Positions 21,690 to 33,884 are shown, counted from the first letter of the stretch. The stretch: 64,000 nt of DNA from an uncultured delta proteobacterium (GCA_963810935.1 CAWEPK010000009.1:288001-352000), one strand, 5' to 3'. Numbers and translations are program-made. The notes: generated by a model not told the origin, from the letters alone.

Positions 21690-22882
21690 CGTCCACTGCG
21701 CCTTTCGAGGATTTTCTTTGCGATCTCCAGGAAGATATTGACCTCGTCCTGCCCGATGATAAGCGGAGGCAGCAGCCTTATGACGTTCCCTTTGGACGCG
21801 TAAAGGATGACCCCTTCCGCCAGGAACTCCTGCACGATGGGGGCCACGTCGGAGTCGAACTCAACGCCGAGGAGCAGGCCGAGCCCCCTCACGTCGATGA
21901 TGGACGGGAACTCCTTTTTCAGCTTGAGGAGGCCGTCCAGAAGATAGGCGCCGACGGCAGCGCACCGCCCTACGATGCCCTCGTCCATCATGGTGTCGAT
22001 GGTCGCGATGACGGCCGCAGAGGCGAGCGGGTTGCCGCCGAACGTGGAGGCGTGCGAGCCCTGATCGAATGCCTCCATCACCTTGTCTTTGGCCACGATT
22101 GCGCCCACCGGGAAGCCGCTGCCCAGCGCCTTCGCCAGGCTCATGATGTCGGGCTCGATACCGTAGTGCTCGTATCCGAAGAGCTTGCCTGTCCTGCCCA
22201 TGCCCGTCTGCACTTCGTCGAAGACGAGCAGGATGTCGCGCTCGGCCGTAAACTCTCTCAGTTCCTTCATGTACTGCTGATCTGCGACGAAGACGCCGCC
22301 TTCCGACTGGATGCACTCGATGATGACTGCGCAGGTCTTCTCCGAGACCGCTTTCTTTATTGCCTTCATGTCGTTGAACGGCACGAAGCTGAAGCCCTCG
22401 ACCATCGGGCTGAACCCCACCTGGAACTTCTGCTGCCCCGTGGCCGACAAGGTGGCAATGGTCCGTCCGTGGAAAGAGTTCTCCATGGCCACGACGTCCG
22501 CCCTGCCTTCACCGTGGTTCTTCCAGGAATAGCGCCTCACCAGTTTTATGGCGGCCTCGTTCGCCTCCGCACCGCTGTTGCAGAAAAAGACCTTGTCCCC
22601 GAACGAGTGCCTGACTATCAGCTCTGCCGCCTTTATCTGGGACTCGGTATAGAAAAGGTTCGAGATGTGAAGGAGCCTCCGCGCCTGGGCGCAGATGGCA
22701 TCGACGACGGAAGCCGGAGCATGGCCCAGGTTGCAGACGGAGATGCCGGACAGGAAATCGAGGTATCTCCTGCCGCTTAAATCCCACAGCCAGCAGCCTT
22801 CCCCTCTCGCGATCCCGATGGGAAACCGCTTGTACGTATTAGCCAGATATTTATTGCCTTTTTCGATCCACTCCTGCTGCAT
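21686..22882 (-). CDS. argD: Acetylornithine aminotransferase
   Basis: FCNSGAEANE, SFHGRT, DEVQTGMGRTG; arg operon context. Confidence 0.94.
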   Translation of the reverse strand: MQQEWIEKGNKYLANTYKRFPIGIARGEGCWLWDLSGRRYLDFLSGISVCNLGHAPASVVDAICAQARRLLHISNLFYTESQIKAAELIVRHSFGDKVFFCNSGAEANEAAIKLVRRYSWKNHGEGRADVVAMENSFHGRTIATLSATGQQKFQVGFSPMVEGFSFVPFNDMKAIKKAVSEKTCAVIIECIQSEGGVFVADQQYMKELREFTAERDILLVFDEVQTGMGRTGKLFGYEHYGIEPDIMSLAKALGSGFPVGAIVAKDKVMEAFDQGSHASTFGGNPLASAAVIATIDTMMDEGIVGRCAAVGAYLLDGLLKLKKEFPSIIDVRGLGLLLGVEFDSDVAPIVQEFLAEGVILYASKGNVIRLLPPLIIGQDEVNIFLEIAKKILERRSGR

Positions 22883-22884
22883 TG

Positions 22885-23721
22885 CTATTCTCCCGCTATC
22901 TGCGTGCCGATGCCAAGGTCGGTAAATACCTCCAGGAGCAGCGCATGGGCGACGCGGCCGTCGATTATATGCGCTTTCCTGACCCCGCCGACGAGTGCGT
23001 CGAGGCAGCACTTGATCTTCGGTATCATGCCCCCGCTGACTGTATCGCTCGCAGCGAGCTCGCTGGCCTGCTTTATGTCGAGGGACGAGATCGTCTTGAG
23101 AGAGGCATCGAGTATGCCGGGCACGTCCGTCAGCAGGACCAGCTTCTCCGCGGCCAGCTCCTTCGCTACGTGGCCTGCCGCAGTATCGGCATTCACGTTG
23201 TACGTGCTGCCGTCCGTGCCTGCTGCGAGCGGCGCGATCACGGGGATGTATCCCGATTCCGATATCTTCCTGACGAGCTCCCCGTTTACTTTCGTGACGT
23301 CGCCGACGAAGCCGATGTCCTTGCCTTTGACTTTCTCCGCAGTAATGAGCCTGCCGTCTTTCCCTGACAACCCGATGGCCTGGCCGCCGGCGTTATGTAT
23401 CGCCTGGACGATCTCCTTGTTGATCGACCCCGACAGCACCATCTCCACCACCTCTAAGGTGTCCGCGTCGGTGACGCGCAGGCCGTCGACGAACCGGGTC
23501 GGTATGTCGAGCTTCTTCAGTAGCCTCTCTATCCGGGGGCCCCCGCCGTGGACGATAACCGGGTTGATGCCGACGTATTTCAAGAGCACGACGTCCTTGG
23601 CGAATTCTTTCTTGAGCTCTTCCTGTTCCATTGCCGCCCCGCCGTATTTGACGACGAAGGTGCAGCCCGAGAATTTCTTGATATACGGAAGCGCCTCAAG
23701 TAAAACCGATATCTGTTCCAT
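22885..23721 (-). CDS. argB: Acetylglutamate kinase
   Basis: VKYGG, VHGGGP, GLRVTD, NVNAD, GGMIPK. Confidence 0.96.
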   Translation of the reverse strand: MEQISVLLEALPYIKKFSGCTFVVKYGGAAMEQEELKKEFAKDVVLLKYVGINPVIVHGGGPRIERLLKKLDIPTRFVDGLRVTDADTLEVVEMVLSGSINKEIVQAIHNAGGQAIGLSGKDGRLITAEKVKGKDIGFVGDVTKVNGELVRKISESGYIPVIAPLAAGTDGSTYNVNADTAAGHVAKELAAEKLVLLTDVPGILDASLKTISSLDIKQASELAASDTVSGGMIPKIKCCLDALVGGVRKAHIIDGRVAHALLLEVFTDLGIGTQIAGE

Positions 23722-25055
23722 CAGAGTATATACCTGCTAAGGTCCTCCTTCTCGAGGAACTCGGAAAGCCTCTCCTTCACGTATTCCTGCGTTATCACCA
23801 CCCGTTTCTCGGACATCTCCGGCGCGTCGAAGGAGACGTCGTCGAGGAGCTTCTCCATGACGGTATAAAGCCTCCTTGCGCCGATATTCTCCGTCATCTC
23901 GTTGATGCGCTGGGCGGTGTCCGCGATCTCGGCGATGCCGTTTTGCTCGAACTCCAGGTCGATGCCTTCCGTAGCGAGGAGCGCCTTGTACTGTTTTATA
24001 AGGGCGTTCTCCGGCTCCGTCAGTATCCTGAAGAAGTCGTCCTTCGTCAAGGGCGTAAGCTCGACCCTTATCGGGAACCGTCCCTGAAGCTCCGGTATAA
24101 GGTCGGAGGGCTTCGACATATGGAAGGCCCCGGCTGCGATGAAGAGCACGTGGTCGGTCTTCACCATGCCGTACTTCGTAGTGACGGTCGTCCCTTCGAC
24201 GATGGGCAGGATGTCCCTCTGCACCCCTTCCCTCGATACATCAGGGCCGTGCGCCTGGTCACGGCTCGCGATCTTGTCGAGCTCGTCCAGAAAGATGATG
24301 CCCGCCTGCTCCACCCTGTTGACCGCCTCGCTGAGCACCCTGTCCATGTCTATCAGCTTCTTCGACTCTTCCTGGATCAGGTAATCGTATGCCTCGCCTA
24401 TCCTAACCTTGCGCTTCTTAGTCTTCTTCGGAAGCATGTTGCCGAACATGTCGCGGAGCTGCATGTCCATCTCTTCCATGCCCTGGGACGAGAATATCTC
24501 GATGATCGGCAGTGAGCGCTCCGGCACCTCTATCTCGACGAACTTATCGTTGAGCTTGCCCTCCTTAAAGAAACCGCGCATCTTCTCGCGCGTAACCTCG
24601 TGAGACTGGTCTTCGCCCGGATGCGGAGCGATCTGTTTTCTAGGGGAGACGAGCAGGTCGAGTATGCGCTCTTCCGCCAGGTCCTTCGCCTTCTCTATGA
24701 CGCGCTCCTGCTCTTCCTTCTTTACCATGTTCACCGATAGCTCCGTCAGGTCTCTTATCATCGACTCGACGTCTCTGCCCACGTAGCCGACCTCGGTGAA
24801 TTTCGTGGCCTCTATCTTCAGAAAAGGCGCGTTGGCGAGCTTGGCGAGGCGCCTCGCGATCTCCGTCTTGCCCACGCCGGTCGGACCTATCATGATGATG
24901 TTCTTGGGCGCTATCTCGTCCCTGAGCGACTCCGGTATCATTTGCCGCCGCCACCTGTTGCGCAGGGCGATGGCAACAGCCCTCTTCGCATTATTCTGGC
25001 CTATGATATACCGGTTAAGCTCTTCCAGGATGGCCCGGGGTATCATCGTTTTCAT
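23721..25055 (-). CDS. hslU: ATP-dependent protease ATPase HslU
   Basis: [20 protein letters not shown]-terminal DLSRYIL. Confidence 0.97.
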   Translation of the reverse strand: MKTMIPRAILEELNRYIIGQNNAKRAVAIALRNRWRRQMIPESLRDEIAPKNIIMIGPTGVGKTEIARRLAKLANAPFLKIEATKFTEVGYVGRDVESMIRDLTELSVNMVKKEEQERVIEKAKDLAEERILDLLVSPRKQIAPHPGEDQSHEVTREKMRGFFKEGKLNDKFVEIEVPERSLPIIEIFSSQGMEEMDMQLRDMFGNMLPKKTKKRKVRIGEAYDYLIQEESKKLIDMDRVLSEAVNRVEQAGIIFLDELDKIASRDQAHGPDVSREGVQRDILPIVEGTTVTTKYGMVKTDHVLFIAAGAFHMSKPSDLIPELQGRFPIRVELTPLTKDDFFRILTEPENALIKQYKALLATEGIDLEFEQNGIAEIADTAQRINEMTENIGARRLYTVMEKLLDDVSFDAPEMSEKRVVITQEYVKERLSEFLEKEDLSRYIL

Positions 25056-25580
25056 TTATAACTCCTCTATGGCGATCCTGTCGTTAGTGTAGATGCATAT
25101 CTCGGCCGCAATAGCCATGGCCTCTTTGACCACGTCAAGGGCCGACAGGTCCGTATGCTTGACCAGCGCCTTGGCCGCGGCCTCCGCGTAAGGACCACCC
25201 GAGCCTATGGCGGCCACTCCGCCGTCCGGCTCGATCACGTCGCCCGTCCCCGAAAGGATAAACGTGTGCTCCGCGTCGGCCACAAGCAGCAATGCCTCAA
25301 GCCGGCGCAGCATGCGGTCCGTCCTCCAGTCCTTCGCCAGCTCGACGGAGGCGCGTGTGATATTCCCGTTGTATTGCTCCAGCTTCTTCTCGAAGCGCTC
25401 GAAAAGGGTGAACGCGTCGGCCGTCGCGCCCGCAAAGCCCGCCAGGCACCTGTCCTGGTAGAGCTTGCGCACTTTTTTCGCGGTACGCTTCAATATAGTG
25501 TTCTGGAACGTAACCTGGCCGTCACCGGCCAATACGACCTTATTGTTCTGCCTTACGCATAGGATTGTCGTGCTTTTCAT
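25056..25580 (-). CDS. hslV: ATP-dependent protease subunit HslV
   Basis: TTIL..., GDGQVT, AIGSGG, ICIYTN. Confidence 0.96.
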   Translation of the reverse strand: MKSTTILCVRQNNKVVLAGDGQVTFQNTILKRTAKKVRKLYQDRCLAGFAGATADAFTLFERFEKKLEQYNGNITRASVELAKDWRTDRMLRRLEALLLVADAEHTFILSGTGDVIEPDGGVAAIGSGGPYAEAAAKALVKHTDLSALDVVKEAMAIAAEICIYTNDRIAIEEL

Positions 25581-25581
25581 T

Positions 25582-26466
25582 CTATCGTCTCGGATGGGCT
25601 TTGTCATATATCTCCATGAGCTTGTCCATGGAGACGTGCGTGTATCTCTGCGTAGTGGAGAGATTCGAGTGGCCCAGCAGCTCCTGTATGCTCCTCAGGT
25701 CCGCCCCGCCGTTCAGCATGTGGGTGGCGAAGGAGTGCCTGATGCCGTGAAGCGCCAGGTCTTTGAAAAGATTTGCGCTCATCTGGTGCTTTTTCATCAC
25801 TTTCAAAAGACCCCTGTAAGAAAGCCTCGTCCCTTCCCTGTTGACGAAGAGGGCCGCAACAGACGCCTTTCTCCTGTTCCCGGCCTCCCTCATGTATGCC
25901 GACAGGGCCGAGCCCGCCTTCTCGCCGAAAGGGAGCACGCGCTCTTTCCCGCCTTTCCCTTTGACGATGGCCCACGAGCCTTCGAGGTGGACGTCGGTTA
26001 CGTCAAGGCCCAGCGCCTCGGCAGCCCGCATCCCCGTCGAGTAGATCAGCTCGAATACCGCCCTGTTGCGCAACGATATCCAGGTCTGCTCGGGCAGCGT
26101 ATCGAGGAAGTGGAACATCTCGTCAACGGTGTAGAACTTGGGCAGCCGCTTCTCGGTCCTCGGACTCTTCACGAGAAGGGCCGGGTTCTCGGCGATGTGC
26201 CCCTTCTTCTTGAGGAACTTGAAGAAGACCCTGATGGTCGATATCTTCCTCGACAAAGACGACTTCTTCAATCCCCCATAAATATCGGCGATATAGGCCC
26301 TGATCGCCTGGTGGTCCACCTCAGTGCACCCGCTCTCGCCGAGGAAGCGCAGGAAATCCCTCAGGTCGCCGATGTAGGCCCGCATAGTGTGTGACGACAC
26401 CCCCTTCTCGTCGGACAGATAACGGGAGAAGGCGGGCAGAAATGTGCTCATCGCCTGTGAATCCAT
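25582..26466 (-). CDS. xerC: Tyrosine recombinase XerC
   Basis: [36 protein letters not shown]; xerC-hslVU synteny. Confidence 0.92.
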   Translation of the reverse strand: MDSQAMSTFLPAFSRYLSDEKGVSSHTMRAYIGDLRDFLRFLGESGCTEVDHQAIRAYIADIYGGLKKSSLSRKISTIRVFFKFLKKKGHIAENPALLVKSPRTEKRLPKFYTVDEMFHFLDTLPEQTWISLRNRAVFELIYSTGMRAAEALGLDVTDVHLEGSWAIVKGKGGKERVLPFGEKAGSALSAYMREAGNRRKASVAALFVNREGTRLSYRGLLKVMKKHQMSANLFKDLALHGIRHSFATHMLNGGADLRSIQELLGHSNLSTTQRYTHVSMDKLMEIYDKAHPRR

Positions 26467-26589
26467 GGAGTATTATTGTATTACGTTTTCGCAAATAATC
26501 AAGCCTTTTCAGCTATTCCGGCACGGCAGGGGGCATCCGAATCCGTGGATCTATTGACTTCCCCGGCCCCGCCGTGCTACACAGAAGAA

Positions 26590-28515
26590 ATGCGGTACCC
26601 CCATGTCTTTTCATCAGGCCGCATCGGCCCCCTGACTGCGAAAAACCGGATCAAGTACGCAGCCACAGAGACGAACTTCAACAGCCAGGACGGCTTCGTA
26701 ACGGACAAGGAGATCGCCTACCTTACGGCGCAGGCGAAAGGCGGCGCAGGCATCGTCACTACCCAGGGCGCCTATCCCGACCTCCCGGGTGAGGGCAAGG
26801 GCTTCCGGGGGACCATGTCGATCGCGCACGACAGCTTCATCCCCGGCCTCGCAAAACTGGCCCGGGCGATAAAAGATAACGGGGCACTCTCGTGCCTTCA
26901 GATACTCCATTGCGGGCGCGAGGGCGGCGTGGACCTCGACTATTGCCTGATGCCCTCCGTCGTGCCCCAGCGCCTCTCCTATTTCAAGCCGCCACGCGAG
27001 ATTACCGCTGCCGGGATCAGACAGGCGGTAAAGGACCATGCCGCGGCAGCACGGCGGGCAGTCGAGGCGGGCTACGACATGATCGAGCTGTCCGGCATCG
27101 TCGGCTACCTCATATCGACGTTCATCAGCCGCTACACGAACAAGCGGCAGGACGAATACGGGGGCGAGACCTTGAGGGAAAGGTGCCGCCTGATGGTCGA
27201 GATCCTGGGCGCGGTGAAGGCCGAGGCCGGGAAGGTGCCCGTCGGAATAAGGCTCTGCGGGGCCGAAATCCTGGAAGACAGGGGAGGCAACCCCCTGGAA
27301 GAGAGCATCGAGAGCTTCGCCATCGCCGAGGAAGCGGGGGCTGATTTCGTAAGCGTCACCGTCGGATGGCACGAATCGTCCATATCGGTCATCACCCGCG
27401 ACGTGCCGATGGGCCACTGGCTCTGGGTGGCCGAGCGGGTGAAAAAGGCCGTGAGCGTGCCGGTTATGATGGCTTTCCGGCTTTTCCTGCCCCATATACC
27501 GGAAAAGGCGATTGCCGGCGGCTCAATCGATTTCTGGGAGGCGTGCAGGCCGATGATAGCCGACCCGGAGCTGCCATTAAAGGCGGCCGAAGGAAGGGAA
27601 GCCGAGATCGTCCCGTGCATAGCCTGCAATCTTTGCTTCTCCCGCCTCTACTACCACCAGCCCATCATGTGCACGGTAAGGCCGACGCTGGGCCACGAAG
27701 GCGAGGAGGAGTGGGGCTATTACGGCTTTGCGCCTGTGAAAAGGAAAAAAAGGGTCGGCATTGTCGGCGGAGGTCCTGCCGGCTTGCAGTGCGCGGCAGC
27801 GGCAGCGAGGAAAGGCCACGAGGTCTTTCTATGGGAGAAGGGGTCGTCCCTTGGCGGCAGCACCCTTCTGGCCGCGAAAGTAGACGAGGGCGACGACGAG
27901 CTTTTGCGCCCGGTCCGTTACCTCGAAGGGGAGTGCCGCAAGGCAGGCGTCACCATAGAGCTGAACCGGGAGTGCTCGCCGGAGATGCTTGCCGCCTGCG
28001 GCCTGGACGCGCTCGTTATCGCAACGGGTGCAGGCTTCGTGCGGCCCCTGCCCGGCCCCTGCCTCGACCCCGAAGAAATAATATCCAAAGGCAAAAGGCC
28101 GGGAAAATCAGTACTCATCCTTGGCGGCGACGGGGCGGGCCTCGCCACGGCCGTCTACTTGCTCCGGACGGGCGATTATGACATCACGATTGCGGAGGCG
28201 TCGGGTAAGCTCGGCCGCGACGTAAGCCCCTTCTACCTGTGGCGCTATCTCAAGCTTTTCAGGGAGCGGGGCGTCGTGAGTCTGACACGGGCGCGCGTCA
28301 CGCCCGGACCGGGCAAAGGCGTCACGGTCACGACACCGAAGGGAGACAAGGCCATAGAGGCGGACGTCGTTACCGCCCTAAGGCAGACTCCGGAAAACCT
28401 GAAGTCACGCTACGAGCGGTGCGCGCCGGAGGTCTATCTACTGGGAGACGCGAAACGGCCGAGGAGGCTCCATAACGCCATCCACGACGGCTACCGCCTG
28501 GGGTTACAGCTATGA
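26590..28515 (+). CDS. NADH:flavin oxidoreductase (OYE/FadH-like) with Fe-S and FAD domains
   Basis: NKRQDEYGG, CIACNLC-x11-C, VGGGPAG. Confidence 0.88.
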   Translation: MRYPHVFSSGRIGPLTAKNRIKYAATETNFNSQDGFVTDKEIAYLTAQAKGGAGIVTTQGAYPDLPGEGKGFRGTMSIAHDSFIPGLAKLARAIKDNGALSCLQILHCGREGGVDLDYCLMPSVVPQRLSYFKPPREITAAGIRQAVKDHAAAARRAVEAGYDMIELSGIVGYLISTFISRYTNKRQDEYGGETLRERCRLMVEILGAVKAEAGKVPVGIRLCGAEILEDRGGNPLEESIESFAIAEEAGADFVSVTVGWHESSISVITRDVPMGHWLWVAERVKKAVSVPVMMAFRLFLPHIPEKAIAGGSIDFWEACRPMIADPELPLKAAEGREAEIVPCIACNLCFSRLYYHQPIMCTVRPTLGHEGEEEWGYYGFAPVKRKKRVGIVGGGPAGLQCAAAAARKGHEVFLWEKGSSLGGSTLLAAKVDEGDDELLRPVRYLEGECRKAGVTIELNRECSPEMLAACGLDALVIATGAGFVRPLPGPCLDPEEIISKGKRPGKSVLILGGDGAGLATAVYLLRTGDYDITIAEASGKLGRDVSPFYLWRYLKLFRERGVVSLTRARVTPGPGKGVTVTTPKGDKAIEADVVTALRQTPENLKSRYERCAPEVYLLGDAKRPRRLHNAIHDGYRLGLQL

Positions 28516-28706
28516 TACCGACTATCGATAAGGACATCTGCACCGGCTGTAAGAAGTGCATGGAAGTTTGCCCGCCCCTTGCCATAGCGGAAGAGGACGG
28601 AAAGGCCCGTATCGAGGAGGAGTTTTGCGAGGAGTGCGGCTTCTGCGCCGCTGCCTGTCCTGCGGACGCCATCGAGATAGCCTTCCCGAAGTCCGGGACA
28701 GCCTGA
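28512..28706 (+). CDS. 2x[4Fe-4S] ferredoxin
   Basis: Two CxxCxxCxxxCP motifs; start overlaps oxidoreductase stop. Confidence 0.9.
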   Translation: MIPTIDKDICTGCKKCMEVCPPLAIAEEDGKARIEEEFCEECGFCAAACPADAIEIAFPKSGTA

Positions 28707-28857
28707 CCCCGTAAGTACCGGTTTGGATGCAGAAGAAACCTGCTCCGGCCCGCTGCCTCAGGCGCTGCCGGGGTTGATAATTTGCCGTTTTCCGTGTATA
28801 ATAGCATGTTCACACACTAAAATATTTTCCCCCTTTTCTGATGATTGCGGAGGACGA

Positions 28858-30135
28858 ATGAAGGTAGAAGTCGAGAGTCTCGATAAGGTTCGGAAGAACA
28901 TCGAGGTAATCCTGGAGGCAGACAAGGTAGAAGAGCTGCGCGAAGGGATTTACCAGGATTTAAAGAAGCAGGCGAAGATCAAGGGTTTCCGGCCGGGAAA
29001 GGTCCCGAAGTCCGTTATCCAGGCATATTACAAGGAATTCATCGACGACGAGCTGAAGAAGAAGATGGTGGAGTCGACGATGGGAGAGGCCCTGTCCGGG
29101 ACGGACATCCGGCCCGTCAGCGAGCCGAGGGTCCAGTTCTTCGAAGGGGACGACAAGGTCGGGTACAAGATGGAGATCGAGGTCATCCCGGAAATCGACC
29201 TGCCTGCCTACGAAGGCATAGAGGTTGAGGTGGCGCCCGTCAAGGTGACGGATGAAGAGATCACCCGGCGGATCGAGGACATGCGGGAGACCCACGCCCA
29301 GATGGTGGACAAGCCCGGGGACCACGCGGCTGCAAAAGGCGATTTCGTGATCATCAAATACGAGGCTACGCACGATGGCAAGCCGGTTAAGGGCGTCGCC
29401 TCGGAATCGTACCCGCTCGACTTGAGCAGCTCCAACCTGATGCCGGAGTTCGAAGTCGGGGTTACCGGCATGAAAGTGGGCGAAGAGAAGGAAATTGAGA
29501 TTAATTTTGCAGGGGATTATCCCGATAAGGATATAGCGGGGAAGAAGCTTCTTTTCAAGGTGGCCGTAAAGGAAATCAAGGAGAAGAAGCTGCCGGAGAT
29601 CGGCGACGATTTCGCGAAGGACGCGGGTTTCACGGACATGGAGGCCTTGAAGAGCGAAGTAACGAAAGAACTCGAAAAGGGGAAAGAGGCCATGCAGAAG
29701 CAGGCGATCAAAGACGAGATCGCGAACCACCTGGTCGCCAATACCGATATCCCCGTGCCTGCCAGGCTCCTTGAAAAACGCGTGGAAGAGTTCGTACAGG
29801 AGGCCCGGTCGCGGATGAAGACGGGCGCCCTGACCGATGAGCAGGAAGGCAGCTTCAACGCGGCCCTGAGCAAAGAGTACGGGCCGGAGGCGGAGAGGCG
29901 CATAAAGATCGGCATAATCTTCGGCAAGATAGCGGAAAAGGAAGGTATAAAGGTCGATGACGCGGAGGTAGACGAGCGCTTGAGGAGAATTGCGGAAGAA
30001 ACCAAGAGGGCTTATGATTATGTAAGAGAATTCTACGACAAATACGACCTCACAGCCAACCTCAGGAATAGTATACTCGAGGAGAAGACGGTCGGTTTTC
30101 TCATAGAGAAGGCAACGGTAAAGGAGAAAGAATGA
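28858..30135 (+). CDS. tig: Trigger factor
   Basis: GFRPGKVP signature; FKBP domain; upstream of clpPX. Confidence 0.95.
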   Translation: MKVEVESLDKVRKNIEVILEADKVEELREGIYQDLKKQAKIKGFRPGKVPKSVIQAYYKEFIDDELKKKMVESTMGEALSGTDIRPVSEPRVQFFEGDDKVGYKMEIEVIPEIDLPAYEGIEVEVAPVKVTDEEITRRIEDMRETHAQMVDKPGDHAAAKGDFVIIKYEATHDGKPVKGVASESYPLDLSSSNLMPEFEVGVTGMKVGEEKEIEINFAGDYPDKDIAGKKLLFKVAVKEIKEKKLPEIGDDFAKDAGFTDMEALKSEVTKELEKGKEAMQKQAIKDEIANHLVANTDIPVPARLLEKRVEEFVQEARSRMKTGALTDEQEGSFNAALSKEYGPEAERRIKIGIIFGKIAEKEGIKVDDAEVDERLRRIAEETKRAYDYVREFYDKYDLTANLRNSILEEKTVGFLIEKATVKEKE

Positions 30136-30716
30136 ACCTGGTGCCAATGGTCATTGAAAAAGACGGAAGGGGAGAGCGGGCCTTCGATATCTACTCGCGG
30201 CTCCTCAAAGAACGGATCGTCTTTTTGGGCACTGCTATAGACGACGTAGTCGCAAACCTCATCATCGCGCAGTTGCTGTTTTTGGAATCGGACGATCCGG
30301 GAAAAGACATCTACCTGTACATCAACTCGCCTGGCGGCATAATTACCAGCGGGCTGGCCATTTATGATACAATGCAGTATGTGAAGCCGGAAGTGGCGAC
30401 GATCTGCATAGGACAGGCAGCCAGTATGGGGGCCGTGCTCCTCGCGGGCGGCGCCAAGGGTAAGCGGTACGGGCTCCCCCACGCGCGGGTGCTCATCCAC
30501 CAGCCCCTGGGGGGCGTGCAGGGCCAGGCAACGGACATCGACATTCAGGCAAGAGAGATCCTGCGGATGAGAGAAGAGATCAACGCAATTTTCACGAAGC
30601 ACACAGGGCAGGACATGGAGCGCATTCGGCAGGACACGGAGAGGGATTTCTACATGACCACCGAACAAGCGCTCAAGTACGGCATCATAGATCAAATTGT
30701 GGAGAAACGAGCATGA
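30132..30716 (+). CDS. clpP: Clp protease proteolytic subunit
   Basis: [24 protein letters not shown]. Confidence 0.98.
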   Translation: MNLVPMVIEKDGRGERAFDIYSRLLKERIVFLGTAIDDVVANLIIAQLLFLESDDPGKDIYLYINSPGGIITSGLAIYDTMQYVKPEVATICIGQAASMGAVLLAGGAKGKRYGLPHARVLIHQPLGGVQGQATDIDIQAREILRMREEINAIFTKHTGQDMERIRQDTERDFYMTTEQALKYGIIDQIVEKRA

Positions 30717-31972
30717 CGGTAATGAAGAAAAGCAACGGGAGAACAATGAAGCTGCATTGCTCTTTTTGCGGAAAAAGTCAGGACGAAGTAAAAAAACTGA
30801 TCGCAGGTCCTATGGTTTACATCTGCGACGAGTGCATAGAGCTGTGCAACGAGATCATTCAGGAAGAGGCGAAGCGGGAGCGGTTCGAGTATATCAAGAC
30901 TTCCATACCGAAGCCGCACGAGATCAGAAGGATACTCGACGAGTACGTCATCGGCCAGGATTTCGCCAAAAAGGTGCTTTCCGTGGCTGTTTACAACCAC
31001 TATAAGAGGATCGAGTCGAAGACGACCTTCGACGACGTCGAAATCCAGAAAAGCAACATCCTGATGATCGGGCCCACCGGGTCAGGCAAGACGCTGCTTG
31101 CCCAGACGCTGGCCAAGATACTGCACGTGCCTTTTACCATCGCCGACGCGACGACCCTGACGGAAGCGGGTTACGTTGGCGAGGACGTGGAAAATATCAT
31201 CCTGAACCTGCTCCAGTCCGCTGACTACAACATCGAAAGGGCGGAAAAAGGCATCGTCTATATCGACGAGATTGACAAGATATCGAAGAAGACGGACAGC
31301 CCATCGATCACCCGCGACGTGTCGGGCGAGGGCGTGCAGCAGGCATTGCTGAAGATCATAGAAGGCACGGTCGCCAACGTGCCGCCGAAGGGCGGCAGGA
31401 AGCACCCGCAGCAGGACTACATAAAGGTAGACACGACGAACATCCTGTTCATCTGCGGCGGCGCCTTCCACGGCCTGGAGTCGATCATCGCCAACCGTAT
31501 AGGCAGGAAGAGCATCGGCTTCGGCGTAGACGTCGAGGGCGGCAGGGACAAGATGTATGGCGAGCTGATCAAAGAGGTGCAGCCGGAAGACCTGCTCAAA
31601 TACGGCCTGATCCCGGAGTTTATCGGCAGGCTGCCCATCACCGCGACTCTGGAAGAGCTGGCGGAGGACGTCCTGGTCGAGATACTGAAGAAGCCTAGGA
31701 ACGCCATCGTCAAGCAGTACAAGAAGCTCTTCGAGCTTGAGAACGTGAAGCTTACCTTCACGGAAGGGGCCATCCGAGGCATCGCGAAAGAGGCCATGAA
31801 AAAGAAGACGGGCGCCCGCGGCTTGAGGTCGATCATGGAGAAAGTCATGCTCGACGTGATGTACGAGCTGCCGTCGATCTCCAACGTGAAGGAGTGCGTG
31901 GTAAGCGAGGAGGTCATCTCGAACCACGAGAAGCCGATCCTGATTTATGAGGAAGAGGCTGAAATCGCGTGA
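30713..31972 (+). CDS. clpX: Clp protease ATPase ClpX
   Basis: CSFCGK zinc finger, [19 protein letters not shown] loop. Confidence 0.98.
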   Translation: MTVMKKSNGRTMKLHCSFCGKSQDEVKKLIAGPMVYICDECIELCNEIIQEEAKRERFEYIKTSIPKPHEIRRILDEYVIGQDFAKKVLSVAVYNHYKRIESKTTFDDVEIQKSNILMIGPTGSGKTLLAQTLAKILHVPFTIADATTLTEAGYVGEDVENIILNLLQSADYNIERAEKGIVYIDEIDKISKKTDSPSITRDVSGEGVQQALLKIIEGTVANVPPKGGRKHPQQDYIKVDTTNILFICGGAFHGLESIIANRIGRKSIGFGVDVEGGRDKMYGELIKEVQPEDLLKYGLIPEFIGRLPITATLEELAEDVLVEILKKPRNAIVKQYKKLFELENVKLTFTEGAIRGIAKEAMKKKTGARGLRSIMEKVMLDVMYELPSISNVKECVVSEEVISNHEKPILIYEEEAEIA

Positions 31973-32019
31973 CGCGCTTTACAATAGGCGCAGGAATTGA
32001 TAGACTTGCGCGAAGCAAA

Positions 32020-32094
32020 GGGCGGGTAGCTCAGCGGGAGAGCATCGGCCTTACAAGCCGGGGGTCACAGGTTCAATCCCTGTTCCGCCTACCA
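32020..32094 (+). tRNA. tRNA-Val(TAC)
   Basis: Cloverleaf; anticodon loop CT-TAC-AA; GGTTCAATCC; encoded CCA. Confidence 0.95.
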
Positions 32095-32111
32095 TAAAGG
32101 AGCAAAAAAGC

Positions 32112-32188
<77 letters not shown>

Positions 32189-32255
32189 AAATATCGAAAA
32201 GAATTATAGGGGGTTGGATGTTTCCTTCCCCCTATTTCTTTATAGTCGGTAACTG

Positions 32256-33110
32256 ATGGTCTCAGTAATCATAACCACTTATAACAGGCGCCGCTTCCTC
32301 GCCGGGGCGCTTAAGTCCGTCCTCGACCAGGACTACGCCGACAAAGAGGTTATCGTCGTCGACGACGGCTCGACGGACGGGTCCGCCCATGATGCCGAGG
32401 GATTGCCGGTCACCTACCTGTGGAAAGAAAACGGGGGTATCAGCTCGGCCCGGAACGCAGGTATTGCCGCTGCCAGGGGGGACCACATAGCCTTCCTGGA
32501 CGTCGACGACCTCTGGAAAAAGGGAAAGCTGCGCAGCCAGATGGAAATGATGGCGCGAGACGGGCAGGCGATAAGCTACACGGACGAGATCTGGTTTATG
32601 AACGGCCGCAGGATCAACCAGAAAAAGAGGCACGCCAAATACTCAGGGTTTATATACGAGCGGTGCTTGCCCCTGTGCATCATCAGCCCTTCTTCGGCAG
32701 TCATCAAGAGGGAAGTATTCGACGACGTCGGCCTTTTCGACGAAACGCTGCCCGTGTGCGAGGACTATGATATGTGGCTGCGCATCACGTCCCGGTACGC
32801 CGTGCAGTTCGTTCCCCGGCCACTCATCGTAAAAAGGGGCGGCCACCCCGACCAATTGTCGCGCACCTTCGATGTGATGGACGCCTACCGGATAAAGAGC
32901 CTTACGAAGATGATCGAGTCGGGCAGGCTCCCCGAAACGCTTGTGCAGGCAACGCTTTCCGAGTTGCAAAAAAAGTGTGCTATCGTGGCCCAGGGCGCGC
33001 AGAAAAGGGGGAAACCGGAAGAGGCCGCCGACTACCTGGCGCTCCCCGGGACGCTCGCTGCCCGTTTCTTTGCCGACGATGAAGAACGCGACAAACCGGA
33101 CGGCCGGTGA
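32256..33110 (+). CDS. Glycosyltransferase family 2
   Basis: VSVIITTYN, VDDGSTD, ARNAG, FLDVDD, CEDYD. Confidence 0.92.
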   Translation: MVSVIITTYNRRRFLAGALKSVLDQDYADKEVIVVDDGSTDGSAHDAEGLPVTYLWKENGGISSARNAGIAAARGDHIAFLDVDDLWKKGKLRSQMEMMARDGQAISYTDEIWFMNGRRINQKKRHAKYSGFIYERCLPLCIISPSSAVIKREVFDDVGLFDETLPVCEDYDMWLRITSRYAVQFVPRPLIVKRGGHPDQLSRTFDVMDAYRIKSLTKMIESGRLPETLVQATLSELQKKCAIVAQGAQKRGKPEEAADYLALPGTLAARFFADDEERDKPDGR

Positions 33111-33884
33111 TTATATAGTTTTTCCTTTGGAAAGGAAGGGCGACAAGCTGATGCTTATCTGCTCGGCAGTGGCTTTCACCTGGTCGATCACGACAGGCAT
33201 CTTCGCGTCGCTTATCGAGTCGGCAAATCCGACGACCCAGACGCCGGCTACCGGGAAGTGGCCGGAGTAAATGAGGCTGCCGACGGCCCTCACCCCTTTC
33301 ATATACTCCTCCAGGTCTACGGCGTACCTCTGCTCCCGTGTCTTCTCCAGCTCTGCAAGGAACTGGTCGGGGTCCGTGATGGAGTTCTCCGTGTACTTGC
33401 GAAGCCCTTTCTGGGCTATCAGGGCGCTCACCTCGCCATTGTTCATGGCGGAGAGGAATATCTTGCCGATAACCCCGGCGACGAGGGAGGAGTGCGAGCC
33501 GATGGAGGACGATATCTTGAACTCCTTTTCCGGCTCCAGCACGTCCAGCACCTTGACCACTTCGTCTTCCCTGATTCCCAAAAAAACCGTCTCATCGACC
33601 GCCCGCAGAAGCTTTTCGAGGTATGGCCTGGCGGTCAGGGCGACGTCGGTGGTGCGCAGTATCTTCTTCGACAGCTCGAAGAGCGTGCTGCCCGTGCTGT
33701 ATTTCTTGCTCGACGGGTCCTTTACGAGGAAGCTCTCTTCCTCCAGCGACTTGAGTATCCCGAACGTGGTACTCTTGCTGATGGAGAGCGTCCGCGCAAT
33801 GTCCGTAACGCCGAGAGGCTTGTTCTCTTTGACTATAAGCTTTATGACCTCTACGGCCTTTTTAAGTATCGGTGCATTATACAT
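33111..33884 (-). CDS. IclR-family transcriptional regulator
   Basis: N-terminal HTH (LGVTDIARTLSISKSTTF); C-terminal effector domain (YTENSITD, DLEE..GVRAV). Confidence 0.92.
   Translation of the reverse strand: MYNAPILKKAVEVIKLIVKENKPLGVTDIARTLSISKSTTFGILKSLEEESFLVKDPSSKKYSTGSTLFELSKKILRTTDVALTARPYLEKLLRAVDETVFLGIREDEVVKVLDVLEPEKEFKISSSIGSHSSLVAGVIGKIFLSAMNNGEVSALIAQKGLRKYTENSITDPDQFLAELEKTREQRYAVDLEEYMKGVRAVGSLIYSGHFPVAGVWVVGFADSISDAKMPVVIDQVKATAEQISISLSPFLSKGKTI

Noticed and set aside
25582..26466. Tyrosine recombinase as a phage or island integrase
   Set aside because: Length, motifs and xerC-hslV-hslU synteny point to housekeeping XerC; no mobile genes nearby.
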